From IMG/VR virus record IMGVR_UViG_3300011008_000007: a stretch of DNA of 64,000 bases; one strand, given 5' to 3'. Both the position numbers and the translations under genes were made by a program. Source of the stretch: a virus (Duplodnaviria; Heunggongvirae; Uroviricota; Caudoviricetes). The notes below the pieces were generated by a model that worked only from the letters and a program-made list of their open reading frames with translations, ran no database searches and was not told the origin of the DNA. Positions 18,685 through 27,744 of the stretch are shown here, piece after piece. The stretch's first letter is position 1. Every line of letters begins with the position of its first letter.

Positions 18685-19311
18685 ATGAATATGACAAATG
18701 TAAATGTAGTTAATAATGTTCCAGATATTAATGTTAATATCGACAAATCAAAAAGCGGTATTTCTATCACCATAACTCAGAAATTAGGCAAATCCCTAAA
18801 GGATTATAAACCAGGTGAAACAGCAAAGATTGGGGATAGAGAATACATTGTACTCGAACAGATGGATGACAAAACGGCTGTTCTTGATAAAAATGTTGTT
18901 GAGAAGATGGAGTTTGGCAAAGATGCTAAATGGAACGGCAGCAACGTCGAAAAATATTGTGAGGGAGAGTATTATAATTCTCTTGCCAAAGTAGTAGGAA
19001 AAGATAATATTTTATCTCACACAGTAGACCTTATGTGCGATGATGGCTCTAATAAAGGTGTATTTTCTACAAACAATGTTTCGGTATTAACTCCCGAACT
19101 ATACCGTAAGTATAGAGAATTGATTCCTTTGGTTGATATTTCTTGTTGGACGCCTAATGGTGTAACGGTTCTCGATGAAGATTATGCGCGCTGCGTTTGC
19201 ATTGTCATCTGCAATGGCATCCTGGATTGGGGTGTCTGTGATTGGACTCATGGTGTGCGCCCGTTTTGTATCTTGAAATCTAACGTCTTGACCTCACAAT
19301 TAGATGAATGA
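18685..19311 (+). CDS. DGR target (variable) protein with C-terminal VR, CLec-fold-like C-terminus
   Basis: ATG 18685 after AAAGGAAAG. C-terminus ...ARCVCIVICNGILDWGVCDWTHGVRPFCILK carries VR 19185-19265, which differs from the downstream TR only at TR adenines. Confidence 0.65.
   Translation: MNMTNVNVVNNVPDINVNIDKSKSGISITITQKLGKSLKDYKPGETAKIGDREYIVLEQMDDKTAVLDKNVVEKMEFGKDAKWNGSNVEKYCEGEYYNSLAKVVGKDNILSHTVDLMCDDGSNKGVFSTNNVSVLTPELYRKYRELIPLVDISCWTPNGVTVLDEDYARCVCIVICNGILDWGVCDWTHGVRPFCILKSNVLTSQLDE
19185..19265 (+). repeat. DGR variable repeat (VR)
   Basis: 81 nt aligning to TR 19702-19782; about 12 mismatches, all at adenines of TR; GC-rich 3' end GGTGTGCGCCCG identical in both. Confidence 0.75.
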
Positions 19312-19673
19312 GTAATGAAAATAAATTTTTAATAGGTAATAAAGCCGAAAAATTATATTTTGATATTTTAGATAAAACAACTAATAGAAAGAAATATCCC
19401 GTAAAATTTCGGAGGCTTGCCGATAAGTTACAAGAAACTTCTTTAGAAATTTATTCTTGTGTTATTGATGCAAATGAGATTACACCCAATACATTATCTC
19501 GCAAACAATGCAAATTTGATATGCAGACAAATGCAATATCGGGTTGTAAAAAATTAAACAGCTTGATTAAGTATTGTTTACATTCAAGTCTTATTAGTAA
19601 TGCTGTTGGTGAGTATTGGAGCTCGTTGGCAACAGAAATTAAGAAAATGACTTTAGCTTGGCGAAAGATTTGA
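19308..19673 (+). CDS. DGR accessory variability determinant (Avd)-like protein
   Basis: About 120 aa helical protein between the target gene and TR, the canonical Avd position. Confidence 0.5.
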   Translation: MSNENKFLIGNKAEKLYFDILDKTTNRKKYPVKFRRLADKLQETSLEIYSCVIDANEITPNTLSRKQCKFDMQTNAISGCKKLNSLIKYCLHSSLISNAVGEYWSSLATEIKKMTLAWRKI

Positions 19674-19701
19674 TTGATTGATTCTTTAGGTTATGTGCTG
19701 T

Positions 19702-19782
19702 AACGCGCAACGTTTGCATTGTCAACTACAATGGCATCCTGAATTGGAATGACTGTAATTGGACTCATGGTGTGCGCCCGTT
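19702..19782 (+). repeat. DGR template repeat (TR)
   Basis: Intergenic, between avd and RT; cognate of VR. Confidence 0.75.
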
Positions 19783-19893
19783 CTGGTTTATTAGCGAGGT
19801 CTATAAGCTGCTAAGGCGGCTACAAGGAGTGCTACAAAATATCAAAAGAGTACATAACCTTTCTCAAATATTATGGGATAAATACAAAAGAAT

Positions 19894-20928
19894 ATGGGAG
19901 ATTTTCAGAAACTAATAGATTTTGGAAACCTATATAATTCCTGTCAAGTCTCTCTTAAAGGCAAAGGAAAGAAACAAAGTGCTATAAAATTTAATATAGA
20001 TGCCTTGGAAAATATTTTGCTTATGAAGCAAGAATTAATCCAACGTACATATCAAATTGGTAAGTACAATGAATTTGTTGTTTCTGAGCCGAAACGAAGA
20101 ATAATTAAATCAGGTACTTTTCGTGATAAGGTTCTTCAACATTGCCTATGCGACTACGTTCTATTACCCAAATTAAAAGATATTTTTATTTTGGATAATT
20201 ACGCTGGTCAAATAGGCAAAGGAACTTTATTTGGATTAAATCGTTTATCAGAAAATCTAAGTAATTTCTATGGCGAATTTGGCTATAGTGGATATATTTT
20301 AAAGTGTGATATTACTAAATTCTTTTATAGTATTAATCACACCTTAATGAAAATCTGTGTAAATAAATATTTTAAAGACCCTGATATACGTTGGGTTTGT
20401 GGATTATTTATAGATAGTACAGATGGGGATGGACTTCCATTGGGCAACCAAGTAAGCCAAGTTTTTGGTTTAATGTATCTCAATGGATTAGACCACTACA
20501 TTACAGAAGAATTAGGAATTAAATACTATGGACGGTATATGGACGATTTTTATTTAATATCGGAAAGTAAAGAAAAATTAAAAAATTGTTTACGGAAAAT
20601 AACGGAATTATTAGAAAAGATAAAGCTAACATTAAATAATAAAACAGAAATTGTACCTATAACAAAAGGAATTAGATTTTTAGGTTTTCATACATATTTA
20701 ACCGAAGAAGGAAAAGTAATAAGAAAATTAACTGGAGATAATAAACGCCAGATAAAAAAGAGATTGCGAAAATATGCCAATTTCGTAAAACTTGGCAAAA
20801 TGTCAAGAAAAGAATTTGATGAAAAATATATTGCTTGGAAGAATCATGCTTCACACGGCAATTGTTATAGATTGATTTGTAGTATGGATGAATTTGTAGA
20901 ATCTTTGTTTAATCAAAAAGGAGAGTAA
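19894..20928 (+). CDS. DGR reverse transcriptase
   Basis: RT motifs including YGRYMDDFYLI (YxDD); position downstream of TR. Confidence 0.8.
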   Translation: MGDFQKLIDFGNLYNSCQVSLKGKGKKQSAIKFNIDALENILLMKQELIQRTYQIGKYNEFVVSEPKRRIIKSGTFRDKVLQHCLCDYVLLPKLKDIFILDNYAGQIGKGTLFGLNRLSENLSNFYGEFGYSGYILKCDITKFFYSINHTLMKICVNKYFKDPDIRWVCGLFIDSTDGDGLPLGNQVSQVFGLMYLNGLDHYITEELGIKYYGRYMDDFYLISESKEKLKNCLRKITELLEKIKLTLNNKTEIVPITKGIRFLGFHTYLTEEGKVIRKLTGDNKRQIKKRLRKYANFVKLGKMSRKEFDEKYIAWKNHASHGNCYRLICSMDEFVESLFNQKGE

Positions 20929-20933
20929 TATTA

Positions 20934-21998
20934 ATGAGAAAATACATTGACGGTAAAAACCGCTTTGTTGAAGTTTTTAATCCCAAAACGGGGTTTTATA
21001 TGAGAACGGGTATTATTGACAAAGAGGGGAAAGATACAGGTGTTGACCCCTTTATGCGCTCTTATCCTGCATTAATTGATATTGGAATTATGGAGCGCTG
21101 CGTGTGTGCCCACAAGTGTAAAGTAGATTGTTATCAAAAGGCTTGTGACCGAAATGGCGAAAATATGAGCCTTGAAGATTACACTTGGATTATGGAACAG
21201 AGTAAAGGTAAGCTCCAGCAGGTGGCTTTGGGCGGCGCTGGCGACCCCGATACCCACGAAAACTTTGAGGATATTTTAAAAGTAACACGAGAATATGGTA
21301 TTGTTCCCAATTTTACAAGTTCAGGTATTACTTTCACAAAAGAAAAGGCTAAGTTGTGTAATAAATATTGCGGAGCGGTAGCAATCAGTTGGCATAATGA
21401 GGATTATACATTTAATTCAATCCAAATGCTATTGGAAGCGGGAGTTAAAACAAATATTCATTATGTTCTTTCCTCTAAATCTATTGATGACGCAATAGAT
21501 AGATTAAAGAATAATGGCTTCCCAAAGGGTATTAATGCAATTGTATTTCTTCTTTATAAACCTATTGGACTCGGCAAAATTGAGAATATATTAACTGCTA
21601 ATAATCCAAAGCTCAAAGAATTTTTTGATTTAATAGATAACGGGGATTTTAATTTTAAAATTGGATTCGATTCTTGTACTTGCCCTGGAATTATTAATAA
21701 TACTCAGAACATAAATCTCGACAGTATAGATTACTGTGAGGGCGGACGTTTTTCAATGTATATATCTGCCGATATGAACGCAATGCCTTGTTCTTTTGGA
21801 AATCAAAATCCAAAGTGGTATGTAAACCTTAGAGAGAATACCATTCAAGAGGCTTGGGATGGAGCTATATTTGAGAGATTTAGAAACTCATTAAGATATT
21901 CTTGCCCGAATTGTTTAAAGCGTGCAGGTTGCGCAGGCGGCTGTCCAATTTGCAGAGATATTGTTTTGTGTAACAAGGAGTGTAAGGAACTAATATGA
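20934..21998 (+). CDS. putative radical-SAM-like / SPASM-type Cys-rich protein (tentative)
   Basis: N-terminal Cys cluster CVCAHKCKVDC, GGAGDP (GGE-like) motif, C-terminal CPNCLKRAGCAGGCPIC cluster. Confidence 0.3.
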   Translation: MRKYIDGKNRFVEVFNPKTGFYMRTGIIDKEGKDTGVDPFMRSYPALIDIGIMERCVCAHKCKVDCYQKACDRNGENMSLEDYTWIMEQSKGKLQQVALGGAGDPDTHENFEDILKVTREYGIVPNFTSSGITFTKEKAKLCNKYCGAVAISWHNEDYTFNSIQMLLEAGVKTNIHYVLSSKSIDDAIDRLKNNGFPKGINAIVFLLYKPIGLGKIENILTANNPKLKEFFDLIDNGDFNFKIGFDSCTCPGIINNTQNINLDSIDYCEGGRFSMYISADMNAMPCSFGNQNPKWYVNLRENTIQEAWDGAIFERFRNSLRYSCPNCLKRAGCAGGCPICRDIVLCNKECKELI

Positions 21999-22345
21999 GC
22001 TTTATGTATAATTGTGGAATTAAACGTTTATATCCGCCACATAATTTCATCCATTATAATGTTGGTTCAGGTTATAAAAATGAAATAGACATTGACGAAT
22101 GTTTAGAAAAGGAAATCTTAGACCTGTGGAGCAGAGGAATAAAGACAATGGGATGTTGTTGTGGTCACGGACTGCGATTGGGTTTTATTCAAGTGGAAGA
22201 TGATTGTATAGAGAAAATGTTAGAACTTGGTTATCAAAACTACATATATGATGATAAATTTGGCGGCAAAGAAAGAAAAGATGCCTTTATTCCTAAAACC
22301 ACAAAGCATATTTATAAAGGTTATAGAAAAGGATTTTGGTGTTGA
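21995..22345 (+). CDS. hypothetical Cys-rich protein (MGCCCGHG)
   Basis: ORF, coupled. Confidence 0.4.
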   Translation: MSFMYNCGIKRLYPPHNFIHYNVGSGYKNEIDIDECLEKEILDLWSRGIKTMGCCCGHGLRLGFIQVEDDCIEKMLELGYQNYIYDDKFGGKERKDAFIPKTTKHIYKGYRKGFWC

Positions 22346-22346
22346 A

Positions 22347-22574
22347 ATGGAAAGATTAACATATAAAAGTTCAATGGGAGACTACGGTTCAACGAAAGAA
22401 TACGATAGTCCGATGGCAGAGATTCAAGCTCTGCGGAATGCTTTGGGTAAGTATGAGGATTTAGGAATGACACCAGAGGTAATTCAGCAAATGGAAGACT
22501 GTTTTTCCGAGGCTTCAATTCAACAGTTATTAAGCAAATTTAGGAAGTCAGGAACAACAGATGTTCATAATTAA
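22347..22574 (+). CDS. hypothetical protein
   Basis: ATG 22347 in frame of track ORF 22227. Confidence 0.35.
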   Translation: MERLTYKSSMGDYGSTKEYDSPMAEIQALRNALGKYEDLGMTPEVIQQMEDCFSEASIQQLLSKFRKSGTTDVHN

Positions 22575-22584
22575 GGAGGATTAA

Positions 22585-23253
22585 ATGAAGTTAAGACCGG
22601 CAACGATAGTCGTTTGTTTGGTCGCAATAATGGGTTTAGTAACATTACATACTTTAGCGACTGGCAACGGGCAGACTGAAAAGGTCGAGGGTAAGGTAAT
22701 TACCAAAAAACTTTCAAAGTCTGCTAACAAAGAAACTAAGGAAATTAAGAAAAAGGAAGTAACCGAACCAAAAGAAACCGAGAAACCAACGGAGAAACCT
22801 ACTGAAAAGCCAACAGAAGAAGAAACAGAGGCTATAACGGAAGAGTTTTTAATCGATACCGACAACGTAGATTATAACTATCACGGTCAGCCGTTATATC
22901 TTTCAGACAGCGAGCGCACAGAATTAGCTCATCTTATTATGGGCGAAGCTGGCGGTGAGGGTTTTGAGGGTTGTTGTTTATTGGCTCAATGTGTTCGGGA
23001 TGCAATGGTTTATCGCGGGTATAATACCATACAAGAAGTCATTGATGGTATGACTTACTATGGATATAAATACGAAACCTGCGAAGACGTTGAAAATGCA
23101 ATTGATTACATATTTGTCGAAGGAAATTCGGCGGTTCAACACAGAATTTTAGTTATGTATGCAAGTGACTTATGTAATGGAAGTTGGCACGAAACCCAAA
23201 ACTTCGTTTATCAACACAATTATGTACGATTTTTTGATATGTGGGAGGAATAA
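22585..23253 (+). CDS. secreted cell-wall hydrolase (SleB/CwlJ-like domain) with TEKP repeat linker
   Basis: N-terminal signal/anchor, (TEKP)n linker 22780-22830, and SleB-like core ERTELAHLIMGEAGGEGFEGCCLLAQCVRDAM. Confidence 0.6.
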   Translation: MKLRPATIVVCLVAIMGLVTLHTLATGNGQTEKVEGKVITKKLSKSANKETKEIKKKEVTEPKETEKPTEKPTEKPTEEETEAITEEFLIDTDNVDYNYHGQPLYLSDSERTELAHLIMGEAGGEGFEGCCLLAQCVRDAMVYRGYNTIQEVIDGMTYYGYKYETCEDVENAIDYIFVEGNSAVQHRILVMYASDLCNGSWHETQNFVYQHNYVRFFDMWEE

Positions 23254-23256
23254 ACG

Positions 23257-23475
23257 ATGGTTCATAATATGGGATTATTTATAGCAGCCATTTCTATGGT
23301 GATTTTTGGAGTGGGACATGCGGCTTTTTCTTACTCTTCTTGTAAAAGGATAGAAAGAATGAAAAATCCGATTCCTTTTTATAAAGAATTATATAGCCAA
23401 ATGAGAATAACCATTGGTGGTGGAATAGCCACAGCACTATTTGGAATTGGTTTTGTTTTTGTATCATTTATTTAA
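23257..23475 (+). CDS. holin-like small membrane protein
   Basis: 72 aa, two predicted TM helices, immediately after the hydrolase. Confidence 0.45.
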   Translation: MVHNMGLFIAAISMVIFGVGHAAFSYSSCKRIERMKNPIPFYKELYSQMRITIGGGIATALFGIGFVFVSFI

Positions 23476-23494
23476 GTATTCGTAACGAATAGGA

Positions 23495-24208
23495 GTGGTT
23501 TTTATGTGTGCCGATTTATTACCTCCTCCCACATTTGAATTATTAAGAAGAGAAGAATTAAAACCATTTAAAGTCAAATATGCGGGGGATGGGGGCGTCA
23601 ATAATAATATGCTCAAAAGCTATTATGAAAGTGATAAAAACAAAAAAGCAGAAGAAGAGATTTTAAAATTTATGGACGCTCTTGCAACGACTGATAAGGA
23701 GGAAAACAATATGGAGAAAATGATTGGAGCCTTTAAAAAAATTGTTGACGATTGGGAAAAAGAACAAAATTTATATGCAGGAGATATTTATGAGGAAGCA
23801 GAAAGAAACATTCTCAACAAAGACCCTGTTTTCGATTATTTAAGAAATCAAAAGAAAATTTTTGTTGAAGAAGCCTATCGTTACATAGCAGAAAATTGCG
23901 CAGAAGAAGATAAAGAGGATATTAAAAAAGCATATTATACACAGTTTAAAAGAATATATGATGGATATGTTGAATTATTATCTTCGAGAACGCATAAATC
24001 ACATGCCGAATTGGATGGAAGATATAAAAAAGTGTTGATTAAGATTCGCACTCACGCAAAAAATGTTCGTATGCTACTTGATACTATTACAACTCACGAG
24101 CAGGGAATGGATATTTTGCACGCCAATCATATTACAGATAGGAAAGAGTTTGTAAGCGAGATTTGCAGATATGTTTGGACAAAAGAAGAAATCCTACCGA
24201 AAGAATAA
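23495..24208 (+). CDS. hypothetical protein
   Basis: ORF with SD. Confidence 0.5.
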   Translation: MVFMCADLLPPPTFELLRREELKPFKVKYAGDGGVNNNMLKSYYESDKNKKAEEEILKFMDALATTDKEENNMEKMIGAFKKIVDDWEKEQNLYAGDIYEEAERNILNKDPVFDYLRNQKKIFVEEAYRYIAENCAEEDKEDIKKAYYTQFKRIYDGYVELLSSRTHKSHAELDGRYKKVLIKIRTHAKNVRMLLDTITTHEQGMDILHANHITDRKEFVSEICRYVWTKEEILPKE

Positions 24209-24261
24209 GCAAAAATAAGTATAGTAAATAAAATACAGATTTTATCGACGTTTTGACCACA

Positions 24262-24288
24262 ATATGTTGTGTTTATAGATTATTTTAA
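24262..24288. promoter_or_regulatory. inverted repeat TTGTGTT-N13-AACACAA upstream of the NAD module (candidate operator)
   Basis: Perfect 7 bp inverted repeat overlapping a TTGACC...TAGATT promoter-like sequence. Confidence 0.3.
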
Positions 24289-24336
24289 CACAATATATAG
24301 TGGTATAAAAATCATAAAAACACAAGGAGAAATAAA

Positions 24337-24870
24337 ATGACAAAATTACTTGTAGTTGTTGATATGCAGAACGATTTTATTGATGGTGCGCTCGGCACGA
24401 AAGAAGCACAGTCTATAGTCGGTAATGTTGTTAAGAAAATCAACAGTTGGAATGGAAATATTATTGCTACACTTGACACACATTATGAAGACTATCTTAC
24501 AACCAACGAGGGAAAACATCTACCGGTTGAACATTGCATTGTCGGCTCTGATGGTCACGAACTAAATAAAGATATTCACAACGCTTTATTGAATGGTTCC
24601 GGAAAGTTAATGCTTGTTGAGAAACCTTCGTTTGGAAGTACGAGTCTTCCAAATCTAATTGATGACCAAGAGGTAGATTATATTGAGATAGTGGGTTTAT
24701 GTACTGACATCTGCGTGGTGTCCAATGCGTTAATGCTCAAAGCATTTCATCCAGAGATAAAAATTGTTGTTGACCCTTCTTGTTGTGCTGGAGTAACACC
24801 AGAGCTACACAGGGCGGCACTTGATGTAATGAAATCTTGTCAAATTGATATTCTTAATGCGGAGGACTAA
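24337..24870 (+). CDS. pncA: nicotinamidase/isochorismatase-family hydrolase (PncA-like)
   Basis: VVDMQNDF N-terminal motif and catalytic Cys context GLCTDICVVSNA, both typical of PncA/cysteine hydrolases. Confidence 0.6.
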   Translation: MTKLLVVVDMQNDFIDGALGTKEAQSIVGNVVKKINSWNGNIIATLDTHYEDYLTTNEGKHLPVEHCIVGSDGHELNKDIHNALLNGSGKLMLVEKPSFGSTSLPNLIDDQEVDYIEIVGLCTDICVVSNALMLKAFHPEIKIVVDPSCCAGVTPELHRAALDVMKSCQIDILNAED

Positions 24871-24876
24871 TAATAA

Positions 24877-25701
24877 ATGATTAAGATAAATGGCGAAGAA
24901 ATTATAATCGAAAGATTTTATGACGGTACACCGAGAATTAAAGTTAATGAGAAATACGGCGAATTAAGAAGCGTAACTCTTGACTGGATTTATGAGAATG
25001 ATGCTGAACTTGTAAGTCTTATAATGATTAACGGTCATTTAAGAGAACACGGTGTTGAAAAGATATTCTTAAATATGCCTTATTTACCCAATGCAAGAAT
25101 GGACAGAACAGAAAATGAAGAGGAAGTTTTTACACTTAAATATTTCTGTAAAGTGATTAATGGTATGAGTTTTGATGGGATTACGGTTTATGACGCTCAT
25201 TCGAGGGTCGGAGTTGCCTTATTGGACAAGGTTGTTGATATAAACCCAAAGAATGATGTTATCATAGTATTGATTAAGATTGGTGCCTTAGACGAATATT
25301 TAAATATTATTGATGATAATTTCATTTTGTATTTTCCTGACGATGGCGCCGCAAAAAGATATTCTAAAATGTTTCCTAATATCCCATTTGCTTATGGAGA
25401 TAAGGATAGGGATTGGAAAACAGGTAAGATAATTGATACCAAAGTCAAAGACAACGGTATTGACCTTGCAGGCAAGAACGTCCTCATTATTGATGATATA
25501 TGCAGTAAGGGCGGCACATTCTATTATAGTTCCAAGAAACTCAAAGAACTTGGCGTACATAAAATTAATCTCTTCGCCACGCATTGCGAAAATATTGTAT
25601 TAGAGGGTCAAATTTTAGATAGTGGGCTGATTGAAAAATTATATACGGTTGACACTATTTTTACAAAAACACATCCAAAAATTGAGGTGATTCCATATTG
25701 A
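24877..25701 (+). CDS. ribose-phosphate pyrophosphokinase (Prs)-like protein (possible ADPR-pyrophosphate synthetase Adps)
   Basis: MPYLPNARMDRT (Prs IPYxGYARQDR motif) and PRPP-binding loop NVLIIDDICSKGGT; 274 aa, shorter than canonical Prs. Confidence 0.6.
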   Translation: MIKINGEEIIIERFYDGTPRIKVNEKYGELRSVTLDWIYENDAELVSLIMINGHLREHGVEKIFLNMPYLPNARMDRTENEEEVFTLKYFCKVINGMSFDGITVYDAHSRVGVALLDKVVDINPKNDVIIVLIKIGALDEYLNIIDDNFILYFPDDGAAKRYSKMFPNIPFAYGDKDRDWKTGKIIDTKVKDNGIDLAGKNVLIIDDICSKGGTFYYSSKKLKELGVHKINLFATHCENIVLEGQILDSGLIEKLYTVDTIFTKTHPKIEVIPY

Positions 25702-27272
25702 AACCGATAGTTCCTACGCTTTTAATTGATTTTTATAAAGGTGTTCACGCTGAAATGCTCCCTAAAAAGATTGAAAAATCCGTTTCTTATTTTACTCCGA
25801 GAATGAGCAGGGTAAAACGTTGGAAATATGTAGTTTTCTTTGGTTTACAGGGATTTATCAAAGAGTATCTTAGAGATTATTTTAATGAGCATTTCTTTAT
25901 AAGAGGTACCAATGAGGTTGTAAATGAGTATAAAAGAGTAATGGACAATACTCTTGGCGAGGGTATCTATGGAATTGAAAAAATTGAGAAACTGCATAAG
26001 CTCGGCTATTTGCCAATTGAAGTAGTTGCACTTCCCGAAGGCACAAGAGTTCCTATGCACGTTCCTATGTTTGGAATAACTAATACACATCCTGACTTTG
26101 CTTGGCTTCCGCAGGCTCTTGAAAGTTTAATTTCAGCAGAGGTTTGGCATCCTATGGTCGCGGCTACGGTTGGAGATACATATCGCCAAATTGTAAACAA
26201 GTATTATAAAGAAACTTGCGACGACAACATTTCGAGAGCGCGAGCTTTGGGTAGTTTTGACTTCCGTGGAGATGAAGGACTTGAAAACGCAACAAAAACA
26301 GGCGCAGCTTGGTTGTTGTCTTTCTTGAATACGGCTACTGTACCGGCAATTCCATACCTTGAAGAATACTATAATTGTGATTGTACAAAAGAGCCTGTTG
26401 GTTTTGGTTCTCCATCTACTGAGCATTCTGTTATGTGTAGCAACTATGCCGTAGACGGTGATGAGACTACTTTGCTTCGCAGATTATTGACCGAAATTTA
26501 CCCAAATACTTCTTTCTCGGCAGTTCTTGATAGTTACGACTACTGGAACGTAATTGACAATATTCTTCCTCAGTTAAAACCTGAGATTATGTCACATAAC
26601 GGCTGTATGCTTATGCGCGGTGATAGCGGAGATTGCGTTGATGTTGTAACCAAAACAGTATTCAAGCTATGGGATATTTTTGGTGGCACAACGAACAGTA
26701 AGGGATATAAAGTTCTCGACCCGCACGTTAAAGCTATTTATGGAGATAGCATTACTGTTCAGCGCTGCGAGCAGGTTTATCAAATTTTAAAAGATAACGG
26801 ATTTGCCGCGTCAAACGTGGCGCTTGGAGTTGGTTCTTTCTCAATGCAATGTATTGAAGAGGAAGAGGAAATCGGAGTTTTAATTCCTGGCGGAACAGAG
26901 ATATACAGACAGGGCAACACCGTTTCTACAATTGAGGGAGATACAAAATTCATTTGTACAATGCCTATTTTAAAGCCATTCACAAGAGACACATTTTCTA
27001 TGGCTATTAAAGCAACATATTGTGAAGTTGATGGTAAGCCCGTTCCCATTTTCAAAAATCCAAAAGACGGCGGATTTAAGAAATCTCAAAAAGGCTGTTG
27101 TGTTGTAGAAGAGGATGCATTTGGCGGTTTACAATATAAAGATAATTACACTTGGGAAGAGGCACAGAATAACAAAAATCAACTTCTCAAAACAGTTTTT
27201 ATAGACGGAACAATGGAAAAAGAACATTCTCTTTCGGAGATTAGAAATAGACTTCACAAAGGTGATTTTTAA
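25698..27272 (+). CDS. NAMPT-family phosphoribosyltransferase (NadV/Namat-like)
   Basis: Several blocks co-linear with nicotinamide phosphoribosyltransferase: FYKGVHAEMLP, VVFFGLQGFIKEYL, LPIEVVALPEGTRVP, FDFRGDEG, IYGDSIT. Confidence 0.7.
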   Translation: MKPIVPTLLIDFYKGVHAEMLPKKIEKSVSYFTPRMSRVKRWKYVVFFGLQGFIKEYLRDYFNEHFFIRGTNEVVNEYKRVMDNTLGEGIYGIEKIEKLHKLGYLPIEVVALPEGTRVPMHVPMFGITNTHPDFAWLPQALESLISAEVWHPMVAATVGDTYRQIVNKYYKETCDDNISRARALGSFDFRGDEGLENATKTGAAWLLSFLNTATVPAIPYLEEYYNCDCTKEPVGFGSPSTEHSVMCSNYAVDGDETTLLRRLLTEIYPNTSFSAVLDSYDYWNVIDNILPQLKPEIMSHNGCMLMRGDSGDCVDVVTKTVFKLWDIFGGTTNSKGYKVLDPHVKAIYGDSITVQRCEQVYQILKDNGFAASNVALGVGSFSMQCIEEEEEIGVLIPGGTEIYRQGNTVSTIEGDTKFICTMPILKPFTRDTFSMAIKATYCEVDGKPVPIFKNPKDGGFKKSQKGCCVVEEDAFGGLQYKDNYTWEEAQNNKNQLLKTVFIDGTMEKEHSLSEIRNRLHKGDF

Positions 27273-27742
27273 TGATTAGGATTGTTGATGGCGATTTATT
27301 AGAAAGTAAAGCTAACATTATTGCACATCAAGTTAATTGTCAAGGAGTAATGGGTTCGGGTGTGGCAAAAGCCATAAAAAAGAATTATCCGTATGCTTTT
27401 AAATGTTATAAAGAATACATAAAAGAAAATTCTCCCGAATTGGTATTTGGATTTTGTCAGCTTGTACCCATTTATCTTCCGTCTGGAAAACCAAAATATA
27501 TAGCAAATTTATTTGGACAGTTTGATTATGGATATAACGGAGATTGCTACACAAACATAGACAAGCTCCGCACGGCTTTTCTTGCATTAAATGAATTTGC
27601 AGAAGAAGAAAACCTAACCGTTGCTATGCCATATAAAATTGGCTGTGTTCGTGGCGGCGCAAACTGGAACGAGGTTTTAAAAATGATTTGCAATATTTTT
27701 CAAAACGTTTACGTCGAAATTAGGCGTTTAGATAGAGGTTAA
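27272..27742 (+). CDS. macro domain protein (ADP-ribose binding/hydrolase)
   Basis: IIAHQVNCQGVMGSGVAKAI matches the Macro-domain Gly-rich ADP-ribose pocket motif. Confidence 0.55.
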   Translation: MIRIVDGDLLESKANIIAHQVNCQGVMGSGVAKAIKKNYPYAFKCYKEYIKENSPELVFGFCQLVPIYLPSGKPKYIANLFGQFDYGYNGDCYTNIDKLRTAFLALNEFAEEENLTVAMPYKIGCVRGGANWNEVLKMICNIFQNVYVEIRRLDRG

Positions 27743-27744
27743 TT

